NCBI RefSeq assembly: GCF_001194135.2
Contig: NC_069002.1
Coordinates: 27,002,885-27,044,834 of the forward strand
Reading direction: 5' to 3'
Length of the DNA: 41,950 bases
From: Octopus bimaculoides
Taxonomy: Eukaryota
The position numbers and the translations under genes are program-made. The notes beneath the pieces were generated by a model, which did not search any database, was not told the DNA's origin, and saw only the letters and a program-made list of their open reading frames with translations. Below, piece after piece: positions 1-10,900 of this stretch. The stretch's first letter is position 1, and each line of letters begins with the position of its first letter.

Positions 1-451
1 TATATATATATATATATATCGAGAGAGAGAGAGAGAGAGAGAGAGGTGAAAGGATAAATCTGAAGGTCTCTCATTGTGATGCACAATGTCACTATACCAA
101 AGGCAAGGTATGCACACTTTGAATGTGGGCAATGTTTAAACAGCTGGTCACTGTCTAAGCAATTGTTTGTGAGACGCAGTTGCACGGGAACCACCTCTCT
201 CTCCCTTTCTCTTTCTCTCTCTGTGTCTGTCTGTCTCTTTCTCTCTTTCCCTCACTTTCTCTTTCTATCTCTACATTCATGCTAAAAATCCGTTCTCCCC
301 TCCCCTGTCCCTTTCTCATATCCCACAAGGTCGCATGTACTAATGGAAGGGAGAGGTCATGCCAGTGCATATTTCCATTGTAACAGGTGTTGTATTGGAC
401 ATGGTAGTCAGAGAGAAGTTGTGGGTTATTCATATTCTCATGACCTACCTA

Positions 452-485
<34 letters not shown>

Positions 486-1012
486 GATCAGGTGTTTCTA
501 TTTGTATCATTTCAATGACCAAGTCTTCAGTCCAGACGAAGGCCAGCAACCTGGTCATTAACTGGGTTAGAACAGATTTCACAACCTTGCCTCTCGCATT
601 CAAACAAAGTGACAAGTGAATGTGAACCTCACACTTCCACACGCGGTAATTAATATGAAACTAATCACTTCCTCGGAACACTGTGAAATTTGTTTTACAA
701 ATATATATTACTTTGCATACGTACTCTTACGTTAACATCATCATCATCATCGTCGTCGTCGTCATCGTCGTTGTTGTCATCGTCACTATTAGCAGCAGCA
801 GCAATAACACTGCTGCTGTCATCATTATCAAGAAAAATCATCATCATCATCACCATTATCATCATCATCATCATCAAACAGAACTATAAAGTACAAGCTT
901 CAGTGATTGAAAATATTTAGTTTCTTTGTTCTTAGTTCAAAACTTGCTGTTCTTAGTTCAAAACTTAAAATCCTTCTTTAAATTTCATCTCAAGAAGAGG
1001 AAAGCAGTAGTA

Positions 1013-1385
1013 ATCCTTTCCGGCACAAGGCCTGAAATTTGGTGGGGGTGGATTCGTCGATTACTAATCGACCCCAGTGTTTTCCCTGGTATTTAATTTA
1101 CTGACCCCCACCCACCGAAAAGAAGAAACGCAAAGTCGACCTTAGTAGAATTTGAACTCAGAACATGCAGATGGACAAAATGCCACTAAGCATTTAGTAA
1201 TAGTCCTCTCTACTATGGGCACACGGCTTGGATTTTGTGGGGAGGGGGACAGTCAATCACATCGACCCCAGTACTCAACTGGTACTTAATTTATCAACCC
1301 CGAAAGGATGAAAGGCAAAGTCAACCTTCACAGAATTTGAACTCAGAACATGCAGATGGACAAAATGCCACTAGGTATTTTGCCT
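1013..1385 (-). mobile_element. Two tandem 5'-truncated copies of SINE family A (GGCGGTGAGCTGGCAGAA head, CCTTTCATCCTTTCGGGGTCGAT core)
   Basis: Reverse-complement matches to 2391-2607 and 8878-9095. Confidence 0.75.
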
Positions 1386-1786
1386 TAAAGAAAGGAATAG
1401 TAATAAAAGCTCCAAAACACTATCAAGAGTAGCCTGTGCCCTCCCCTAGTGAATCTGCCAATGGGTGGGTGATGTAAGAAAAATGGTTAAGATGAATGGG
1501 GCTTCTTGAAGCAAGATCTTGTAAAGTGGAGAACAACAGCTGGGTGAAAGCTTTTGCTCTTTTTATGGTTAGGGTGAGCCCCGAATCTGTGTGATTCTTT
1601 GCCTGGCCCTAATTTGAGACTCTCCAGTATCAACAGGGTTGTATCATACATATGGTCACGTATTTTGTATACTAAAATTAACTTTCCATCTCATTTTCCA
1701 GCTAAGTGCTTGGGATCAATTTAATCAACTAATCTCTCCTTAAAAATTCCAGCTGTGTGCCTATGATTGAAATTATTACCATTATT

Positions 1787-2366
1787 TGACTTGACTCAGG
1801 ATTGGCCCTATTCTTGGTAGAATTTATGTGGGTAGAGAGTTACTCCCTGTAACCTAAGATATACACATGATTTCACTAAGCACTCAAAATCCTTCTGATG
1901 ATCTTTCCTGTTCTTAAGAAGCAAACCTTCTCTAGAAGCTCTACAGGACATTCCATTTCAATCCTCTTTAACCATTTGTCTATGTCATCACTCACAGTCC
2001 CAAATGCACCAGTTATCAAAGGAACAACCTTTACAAATTCCATTCTCCAAATTCTTGCAATCTCAAAATTTAAGGGATTGTATTCTCTCAAATTCTCATT
2101 TGATTTATTCATAATCCTAGCATCAAATGGACATGATAGATCAATCAATAAGCAAATATGATTTTCCTGATCTATTATTGTGATATCTGGTTTATGTTCT
2201 ATCTTTTTATCCATCTGAATTGGAAAATCCCACAAAATCTTGCATGTTTCTGACTCAAGTACTCTTTCTACCCAACGAATGTACTCTGTACTTCTTGACA
2301 AAGCTTCCAGTGTAAAACTTTCAGAACTCGATCAGGTCACCATTTCTTACATTCTCCTCGGCTAAC
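1787..2366 (-). mobile_element. 3' fragment of an RLE-type non-LTR retrotransposon (R4/Dong-like): endonuclease domain plus short 3' UTR
   Basis: ORF 2301-1876 reads KILWDFPIQMDKKIEHKPDITIID...LLIDLSCPFD...Y..L..EIARIW...VKVVPLITGAFG, the PD-x-D restriction-like endonuclease C-terminus. Flanked by attattaccattatt (1772-1786) and ttataattattaacattattatta (2367-2390). Confidence 0.85.
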
Positions 2367-2390
2367 TTATAATTATTAACATTATTATTA

Positions 2391-2609
2391 AGGCGGTGAG
2401 CCGGCAGAATCATTAGCACGCCAGGCAAAATGCTTAGCACCATTTCATCTGTCTTTGCATTCTGAGTTCAATCAAATTCTGCCAAGGTCAACTTTACCTT
2501 TCATCCTTTCAGGGTCAATAAATTAAGTACCCATCAAATACTGGGGTCAATGTGATTGAATTACTCCCTCCCCACAAATTTTGGGCCTTATGCCCATAGT
2601 AGAAATGAC

Positions 2610-2646
<37 letters not shown>

Positions 2647-3078
2647 GTGATAAGCTGGCAGAATTGAGAGAAGGATGTAGCAGCATTTCATCTATCTTTA
2701 CATTCAGGGTTCAAATTCCGCTAAGGTCAACTTTGCCTGTCATTCTTTTGGGGGGTCAATAAAATAAGTACTGTTTGAACACTGGGATCAATGTAATCAA
2801 CTAGCTCCCTCCCCCTCAAAAAACAATCAGGCCTTGTGCCTATAGTAAAAAGTAGTAGTAGTAGTAGTAGTAGTAGTCAAGGTGGCAAGCTGGCAGAAAC
2901 GTTAGCACGCCGGGTGAAATGCTTAGCGGTATTTTGTCTGCTGTTACGTTGAGTTCAAATTCTGCTGAGGTCGACTTTGCCTTTCATCCTTTCGGGGTCG
3001 ATATAATCGACTTAACCCCTTTGTCTGTCTTTCTTTGTCCCCTCTATGTTTAGCCCCTTGTGGGCAATAAAGAAATAA
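2391..3078 (+). mobile_element. Three head-to-tail SINE family A copies (2391-2607, 2647-2851, 2879-3078) separated by (ATT)n and (AGT)n
   Basis: Each has the head, a B-box-like gagttcaaattc and the shared core. The third has the alternative tail ttagccccttgtgggcaataaagaaat. Confidence 0.8.
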
Positions 3079-3734
3079 GTAGTTGTAGTAGTAGTAGTCA
3101 TCATTGATCTCATCTTCATCATGTTAGTAGTAGTCATACTTTAAAACAAATAGCAGTCACAAAGTTAAAACACAAACTTCTTAAGCCAACACACACACAC
3201 AAAACATACACACCAACTGCACCCCCACCTCCTCAATGTCTCAGAAGCGACAGAAATCTGATTGCTCAAAGGTGTGTTTACAACAAGAGAGATGTTCTCT
3301 TTTTTTAAGATTAGAACTGCGCACATCCTGGATGTTGGTGCCACAACAAGACTAGCAAATGAACATACACACACACACACACACAATACACACACCATAC
3401 TCACACCATATTCACACCCACACATGACAATCCAAATAATAAAAAAAAAAATAAAAAGCAAACCAGACTGTCTCTGGTGTTTGTTGAACAGATCAAAACT
3501 TCGTTTCCCAAGTTGTGAGTAAATATAATAATTAGTAAAACAATATGGTTTTGTGCGGTTGTTGTCGCCTTCCTCTCTGAAACTGGAAGGAAACCAAGAA
3601 TGCAACACAAAACATGCTTGATGCTCTCAAGTAGACACACACACACACACAAGGCTGTTGGCCAGAAGCCCATTTATTAAACAAGATGAAACAAAACAAA
3701 CAAATATAGCTCTGGCTTACAATTTTGTGACATA

Positions 3735-4479
3735 TTAACCCCTTTCTTGCTACATTTCAGTGAAAATACACAGCATATGTTTCGATTAATTTTGAAACTA
3801 ATGAAAAATTTATAAAATAACTTTGTCGTTATTAAGCTGGTGTTTGTTATAAGGTTTGAATTTACATTATTTAAACCCTTTTGTTACCATATTCCTGTTA
3901 AAATACACAACCTTTGTTTCAATTAATTTTTGAAATAAAGAATTTACTAAAATAACTTTGTCATTATTAAGTTGGCGTTGGTTAAGGTAAAAAGACTCAC
4001 TTCAGTTATGAATGACTGTGGGATGCCCCTAGAAAGTTCCCCCTCCAAGGCACAAGTCTAGGCAAGGTTGTTTATGGAAGACCAACAGTCACCCATGTGT
4101 ACCAGCCTCTCCTCTCCATGCCACCGATATTGTCCAAGAGAAAGGCAAAGGCCGATACAGCTTGGCACCAGTAATGTCACAACTCATTTCTACAGCTGAG
4201 TGAACTGGAGCAACGTGAAATAAAGCGTCTTGTTTGAAAATACAACACACAACCCAGTCTGGGAATTGAACTCACTATCTCATGATTGTGAGCCCATTGC
4301 TCACTGAGCCATGCACCTGGTAAGGTTTAAATTTACATTATTTAAACCCTTTTGTTAGCATATTTCTGTCAAAATACACTGCTTTTGTTTCAATTAATTT
4401 TGAAAATAATAAAAAATTTAGTAAAATAACTTTGTCATTACTTAGCTGTTGTTTGGAACATAAATTAACATGAAAAAAT
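3735..4479. repeat. Tandem of three ~137-bp copies of a piggyBac-like terminus, interrupted by SINE family C
   Basis: Units start cccc/cctttt at 3739, 3876 and 4347. Junction taaggttt(g/a)aatttacattatttaaacccttt is repeated. Matches the reverse complement of 41080-41183. Confidence 0.7.
3984..4318 (-). mobile_element. tRNA-derived SINE family C (V-like core, tttacctt tail)
   Basis: Head ggtgcatggctcagtg...gagttcaattccc, core caagacgctttatttcacgttgctccagttcactcagctgtagaaatgagt; second copy at 36686-37003. Confidence 0.8.
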
Positions 4480-5040
4480 NNNNNNNNNNNNNNNNNNNNN
4501 NNNNNNNNNNNNNNNNNNNNNNNNNNNNNNNNNNNNNNNNNNNNNNNNNNNNNNNNNNNNNNNNNNNNNNNNNNNNNNNNNNNNNNNNNNNNNNNNNNNN
4601 NNNNNNNNNNNNNNNNNNNNNNNNNNNNNNNNNNNNNNNNNNNNNNNNNNNNNNNNNNNNNNNNNNNNNNNNNNNNNNNNNNNNNNNNNNNNNNNNNNNN
4701 NNNNNNNNNNNNNNNNNNNNNNNNNNNNNNNNNNNNNNNNNNNNNNNNNNNNNNNNNNNNNNNNNNNNNNNNNNNNNNNNNNNNNNNNNNNNNNNNNNNN
4801 NNNNNNNNNNNNNNNTGCCATTTTCTTTCTTTCTTTCAGTTCTTCCATCTTATCAAAGGCAGAACACCACTACAGCCGCCATCATCATCATACACCCATC
4901 CTCTGGCAAGAATCATGCAAGTGGTGGTTGGGAGTGGGGTGTAACAGAAGGCAAATATATAATTTATAACTTGCTTAGTTTCTTGAAATATTTCTCTATT
5001 TGGCTATTGTGAGATTGTTTTTCACCAGGAATATAGAAAG

Positions 5041-5542
5041 ATATCATGGTTTGGTGGGAATAGGGACAGTTTGGTAAATAGGGACCAAAAAAAAAAAAAA
5101 ATCGAAATTAAAATGCTTGTGTCAGTTATAGTAAGAGTTCGGGTCTGCAGAGTGATCTGATGCCCCTGGATGATAGAGAATTGGTAAGACTGTTTGCGGG
5201 GTGAAATTTGAAAGGATTTTAAGAAATCCTTGGAGTTGGGATAAGCAAAGCAGAAACATCAAACATCAGATTAAAACTTATGTTTGCTGTGAGCATAAGT
5301 GCAAGCAACAGAGACAAAGTTTTCAGACATAACAAATCTGTCCAACTGGCAATAAATATTTTGCCTTGCTTATCTGAACTGCAAAGACTTTTTCAATCGT
5401 TCCTAATTTCAACCCTAAAGTGTTTTACCAATTCTCTATCATTGTGAGGCATCGGATCACTTGGGAGACCAGAGCTCTTCCAATGCTGATTTCAACATTT
5501 TAATTTTTTTTTCTGTCTCTATTCTCCCTAAAGTCATGGTAT
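5041..5542. repeat. Long imperfect inverted repeat (fold-back), centre about 5300
   Basis: atgatagagaattggtaa (5170-5187) is the exact reverse complement of 5425-5442. Alignment extends outward (gagttc/gagctc, aattaaaatg, tcatgg) and inward (gataagcaa, aaaactt/aagtttt). Confidence 0.85.
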
Positions 5543-5805
5543 TGTCATACCTGACACTGTGGAAAGGACAGAAATTCCTAAAGGAGACTTGTAGTCAAAA
5601 GAATCGGTTGCATTACATTCCTGGCATTTACTTTATCAATATTATCAATATGAGGAGGAAAAAACTGAAGTCAGCTGCAGTAGGATTTGAACTCAGAATG
5701 TGAAACAGTGAGACTAAAGAGCAACCATGCTATTTTATCATTTCAATCAACTCAACCAGACCAACTTTGGGGGTCAATAAAATAACAGAGATAAGAGCTT
5801 CTTAA

Positions 5806-6023
5806 TCCTTTTGAGACACCCAGGCAGATTGATTGGCCCAAGTGAGACAAGCTTTAAGGACTTTGAGGCTTGTCCATTGGCCCTGATGGAACAAATGTTA
5901 TGAATGGTTGGTTTTGAAGTGTAACAGCTAATCAGAGATTGTCTTTCAGTTGATGTATCTCAATAGAAAAAAAAGTTGGTCTTTTTGGCTACACATGCCA
6001 AAACATTGTGTGTCTCAAAAGGG
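5806..6023. mobile_element. TTAA-flanked MITE (piggyBac-like), CCCTTTTGAGACAC TIR family
   Basis: TTAA 5802-5805, tccttttgagacac ... gtgtctcaaaaggg (13/14 inverted match), TTAA 6024-6027. Confidence 0.75.
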
Positions 6024-6461
6024 TTAACCAATTATCAATCAGTATTGTGTTGTATCTGAGACTAAGCACTTAACTCTCAAATAGCTCAGTTTACTTAGCT
6101 GTAAACAGTACGCCAGAATGGTAGCCATGTTCATCAGTGACATAACAATGTTTCCCCCTTTGATAACGCTGTAGTTATTGTTAACGGTGCAAATGTTTAT
6201 AATGTTATTCCTTATCATCATTTACTCCCCCGTCTTCCATGCCAGGAGAGGTTGGATAAGTCAACAGGATCTGACAAGCCAGAGGACAACATCAAGCTCC
6301 AACGCCTTCATTACAGCTGGATGCCCTTCCTAACACCATCCACTTCACAGTGTTCTGGGAGCTTTCTTCACAGCACCAGCACTAATGAGGTCACTGAGTA
6401 TTTGCACAAGACAAGCCCACCCCTTTAAATGAGTTGGGGTGTAGCAGAAAGGGAGGTAGCT

Positions 6462-6699
6462 AAGGCAGCGAGCTGGCAGAAACGTTAGCACGCCGGGCGA
6501 AATGTTTAGCGGTATTTCGTCTGCCGCTACGCTATGTTCTGAGTTCAAATTCCATCGAGGTCGACTTTGCCTTTCATCCTTTCGGGGTCAATAAATTAAG
6601 TACCAGTTACGCACTGGGGTTGATGTAATCGACTTAATCCCTTTGTCTGTCCTTGTTTGTCCCCTCTGCGTGTAGCCCCTTGTGGGCAGTAAAGAAATT
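6462..6699 (+). mobile_element. Full-length SINE family A (alternative tail) with 16-bp TSD
   Basis: TSD agaaagggaggtagct (6446-6461) and agaaaaggaggtagct (6700-6715). Confidence 0.85.
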
Positions 6700-7334
6700 A
6701 GAAAAGGAGGTAGCTGTATGACAGGGGTTGAGGGACCAATGATATGACTGTTAAGAATTTTCCAATGGCAGTGACATAAAAGGGTGGTAGTATTTCATTA
6801 TCTCAGTGTGGAGTATAATTCTACACGTAGGGTGAGCTACCAGCTAACAACTCTTTCTATCCAGGGGAACATTCCTCTTCCATCCCCTTAATAACACAGA
6901 AACTAGGAAACTAGAGAAAAGCAGACTGGCTCACTGGATTATTTAAAACAAGTGGGGGGAGGTAATATGCCCCAGGATAGGCTTTGATATAGTTCAGTCA
7001 ATATAACTGACTACATCACTTCCAAACAAAAGCAAAACACAAATTAAGTTTGAAACTAGTTAACAGAAAATCAATATTACTCTCTCCTTCTCTCATCACC
7101 TCTCTCTCTCTTCTTCTCTCCCTATCTCTCTCTCTCTGTCTGTCTCCTCTCCTCACTTCTCTCTCTCCACACTTCTCACTCTAAAGCTTTAGTTTACGAA
7201 GTATTGAGAAAATAGTACCAACAGAATTGGTTTCCTAACTAAAGTACCAAGCTGAACTTCAACAACAACAGTAGCAACAATAACAAACTCAATGTGCAAC
7301 ATAAGATAGTAGCCACAACATCAATTAAAATAAT

Positions 7335-7378
<44 letters not shown>

Positions 7379-7951
7379 AAAGAACAACTAAATAATATCG
7401 TTTTCTTCCTTCCATTCACTCCATCCAACANNNNNNNNNNNNNNNNNNNNNNNNNNNNNNNNNNNNNNNNNNNNNNNNNNNNNNNNNNNNNNNNNNNNNN
7501 NNNNNNNNNNNNNNNNNNNNNNNNNNNNNNNNNNNNNNNNNNNNNNNNNNNNNNNNNNNNNNNNNNNNNNNNNNNNNNNNNNNNNNNNNNNNNNNNNNNN
7601 NNNNNNNNNNNNNNNNNNNNNNNNNNNNNNNNNNNNNNNNNNNNNNNNNNNNNNNNNNNNNNNNNNNNNNNNNNNNNNNNNNNNNNNNNNNNNNNNNNNN
7701 NNNNNNNNNNNNNNNNNNNNNNNNNNNNNNNNNNNNNNNNNNNNNNNNNNNNNNNNNNNNNNNNNNNNNNNNNNNNNNNNNNNNNNNNNNNNNNNNNNNN
7801 NNNNNNNNNNNNNNNNNNNNNNNNNNNNNNNNNNNNNNNNNNNNNNNNNNNNNNNNNNNNNNNNNNNNNNNNNNNNNNNNNNNNNNNNNNNNNNNNNNNN
7901 NNNNNNNNNNNNNNNNNNNNNNNNNNNNNNNNNNNNNNNNNNNNNNNNNNN

Positions 7952-8335
7952 NCATATACATACATATATACATACATATTTATACACATATATACATATA
8001 CTAGTCCTTATATATTTAATATTCAATATTCTATTTATTCAATAAGACATTCAATACTTCATTTCATTTTACTATATATATTATATATTCCATATTATAT
8101 ATCCCACATTAATTTTATAAGAATACAAATAAAACATAAAAAACAGACAGAGTTGGAATTCTTTTGAATAATACATACATATATATATACATACATAAAT
8201 ATATATATATATATACATACATATATACATACATATATATTTATATATACATATACATACATATATATATACATACATATATTCATGTATATACGTATAT
8301 ATACATACATATACACATATCTATATATAAACACA

Positions 8336-8379
<44 letters not shown>

Positions 8380-8400
8380 GACACACACACGTCTTACACA
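7952..8400. repeat. Compound (TA)/(CATA)/(CA) low-complexity block; similar blocks at 1-46, 455-481, 736-874, 10896-10980, 20307-20352, 22590-22770, 26002-26051 and 27980-28120
   Basis: Direct inspection. Confidence 0.9.
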
Positions 8401-8578
8401 AACACTAAATCAATCACCTAAACAAATTATTTATACATGATGGTGATATCTATACATATATGTATGACCACAACATAATATAAAATGGTGTTTGCTCTAC
8501 ACACATGCAATTAGACATCATATCGATTTTTTTCTTTTTCTGATGCTCTAACAATTCTGCTAATCGACAGTATTCATA

Positions 8579-8609
<31 letters not shown>

Positions 8610-8627
8610 TGATAATAATAATAATAA

Positions 8628-9095
8628 TCCTTTCTACTGCAGGCACAAGGCCTGAAATTTTGGGGGAGGAGATAAGTTCATTACATTGACCCCCAGTGTT
8701 TCACTGGTACTTATTTCATCAACTCCAGAAGGATGAAAGACAAAGTCAACCTCTGCAGAATTTGAACTTAAAACACGAAGACAGGTGAAATGTCATTAGG
8801 CATTTTGCTTGAGGTGCTAAGGATTCTTCCAGCTCCCTACCTTAATAATAACAATAGCAAATAACAATTATTTTAATTCTTTCTACTACAGGCATAAGGC
8901 CTGAAATTTGTGGTGGGGAGGGGACTAGTCGATTACATTGACCCCAGTGTTTCACTGGTACTTAATTTATCGACTCCTGAAAAGATGAAAGGCAAATTCG
9001 ACCTCAGTGGAATTTGAACTCAGAACATAGCAGCAGACAAAATACCACTAAGCATTTCACCCAGCGTGCTAACAATTCTGCCAGCTCACCGCCTT
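8628..9095 (-). mobile_element. Two head-to-tail SINE family A copies in (TAA)n
   Basis: 8628-8843 and 8878-9095, each bounded by taataa runs. Confidence 0.8.
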
Positions 9096-10734
9096 AATAA
9101 TAATAATAATAATTATTATTTCAAATTTTTGCCACAAACCTTATTCAGGGACCTTTTGAGCAGGATGGGCTACTTGACCTAAAGAAAATTCTAACTGCAC
9201 TGTTTATCTTGATATGATGTCACCATGTCACACACATATGGTTGTCATGCATGTGCCTGGTGTACCCTTATCAGACGGGTAGTCATGATGGGTATATTAG
9301 GCTTTGTATATTTGTACCCCAGTGTCCATTTGCTGGTATGAGCTAACAGTTCTGAGATAAGGGGATTAGTCAATACCGCCAACCCAGTATGAGATTGGTA
9401 CTTCATTTTATAGACTCTGAAAAGGTGAAATGCAAAACGGGTTTGAACTCAGAAGGTTAAAAAACCAGAACAAATACAAGGCATTTTCTCAATGATTCTA
9501 ATGATTCTGTTGTTTCACACGCTTCTGATCTACCTGTACGTCTGATGATGTAAAAGCATAAAGTCCGTTAAGTAGACAGGTAGATTGTCTGTAATATTAT
9601 AATGCAGTGCAAAATGCAACATGTCTGTCTAGATTGAGCAAAACAAAAGGAAACATCAAAAGCAGACACCCAGCTTATTATTAAAACAGGCTCAATACTA
9701 AATATAGAATGAACAGGGTGAAAAAAAGAACAAATATTAAAAAAAAACAAAACCTTCCATTCATTCATCTTTGACAAATAAAGTACAAATTATGCCAGAA
9801 TCTATCGAAAATTTGCAACTCATAGAGTTTTTTGTTGTTGTTTTTGAAATGGTAGTCTATTTACCTGTATAGGTTAGTGTCTGTTTGGGCATTGATAAAG
9901 AGGTCAGATAATGATTTTCAAAAACAAAACAGATAAACATTGAAAAGACAAACATGCATAAATAAATAGTTTTATACAGGAGAAGTAGGAGAAATCTGAG
10001 TCAATAAGAAATTCAATGATGAATCTGGGTTTTGGAGGGAGGGGTCTTTCTTCTTCTTTCTTTTTTTTAAAGCATTTGGCAGTCTGTTTTTTAAAAAAAA
10101 AACAAAAAAAAAACAAATAAACAAATATTGTTTTTCTTCCCTGATTTACTGAGACAGAAAAGAAAACTAAAACATTACACAAGTTAGTAGACTTAGAAGA
10201 GATTGCATGATTTTGTTTGTTTCTGTTCTGTTCTGTTCTTTCACTGGAAGAACAAATAAACTCAAGCCAAATTATACAAGTTCTGAGTAAGATCAACTTA
10301 TTGATCTTGTTTTCCTTTCTTCGGTGTGTGTGTGGTGATAGTGGTGGGAAGGACTGGAGAGGAGTTAGGGGTTTCAAAAACAGTAAGCATTAGTCATGAA
10401 AAAATAAAAAAAAAACAAAGCAACTAAAACAAGCCCCTCTTGATGATTCACCTGTAAAGGTGTGACATCATTGAAATATTCTGCATTATGACTGTCAGTA
10501 AATGAATACCAATGATGAGAACGGTGATGGAGGTGGCACAGGTAGAGACAGGGTACGATGTGTACCTACTCCTCAGTTTCCGGGTTGTTCTGTACATTAA
10601 TGTCTTTGAATGCTAATGTTTATTATTAGACAATTCCTGTCAATGTTTCTATCAATAAACTGAATATTTCTCTCTTATCTTTTACTTGTTTCAGTCATTT
10701 GACTGCAGCCATGCTGGAGCACCATTTTTAGTCA

Positions 10735-10900
10735 CAGGCATGGCTGTGTGGTAAGAAGCTTGCTTCCCAACCATATGGTTCTGGGTTCAGTCCCACTGCG
10801 TGGTACCTTAGGCAAGTGTGTTCTACTAGAGGCTTGGGCCAACCAAAGCCTTGTGAAAGGAATAAGATAGGTAGAAACTGAAAGAAGCCTGTTGTATATA
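10735..10900 (+). mobile_element. tRNA-derived SINE family E (TGGCTGTGTGGTAAG head, caccttgggcaag core)
   Basis: B-box-like gggttcagtccc. Other copies at about 11155-11300(-), 11355-11510(+), 23585-23730(-), 24410-24570(+), 28975-29130(+), 29180-29320(+), 30388-30530(+) and 34245-34400(+). Confidence 0.75.

Noticed and set aside
683-920. ORFs rich in His/Ser/Ile/Asp, and similar ORFs elsewhere made of HT, CV, YI, I or N runs
   Set aside because: Translations of microsatellites.
927-966. 19-bp direct repeat tgttcttagttcaaaactt
   Set aside because: Simple local slippage duplication with no further structure.
4465-5012. Long ORFs containing X runs (also at 7321, 17805, 23273, 25740, 37103 and 40163)
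   Set aside because: Artefacts of translating N gaps.
10452-10640. GC-richer unique island with a minus-strand cag|GTGAAT donor-like site
   Set aside because: No frame resembles TRABID or any protein I recognise, and there is no good acceptor. It could still be a non-coding exon.
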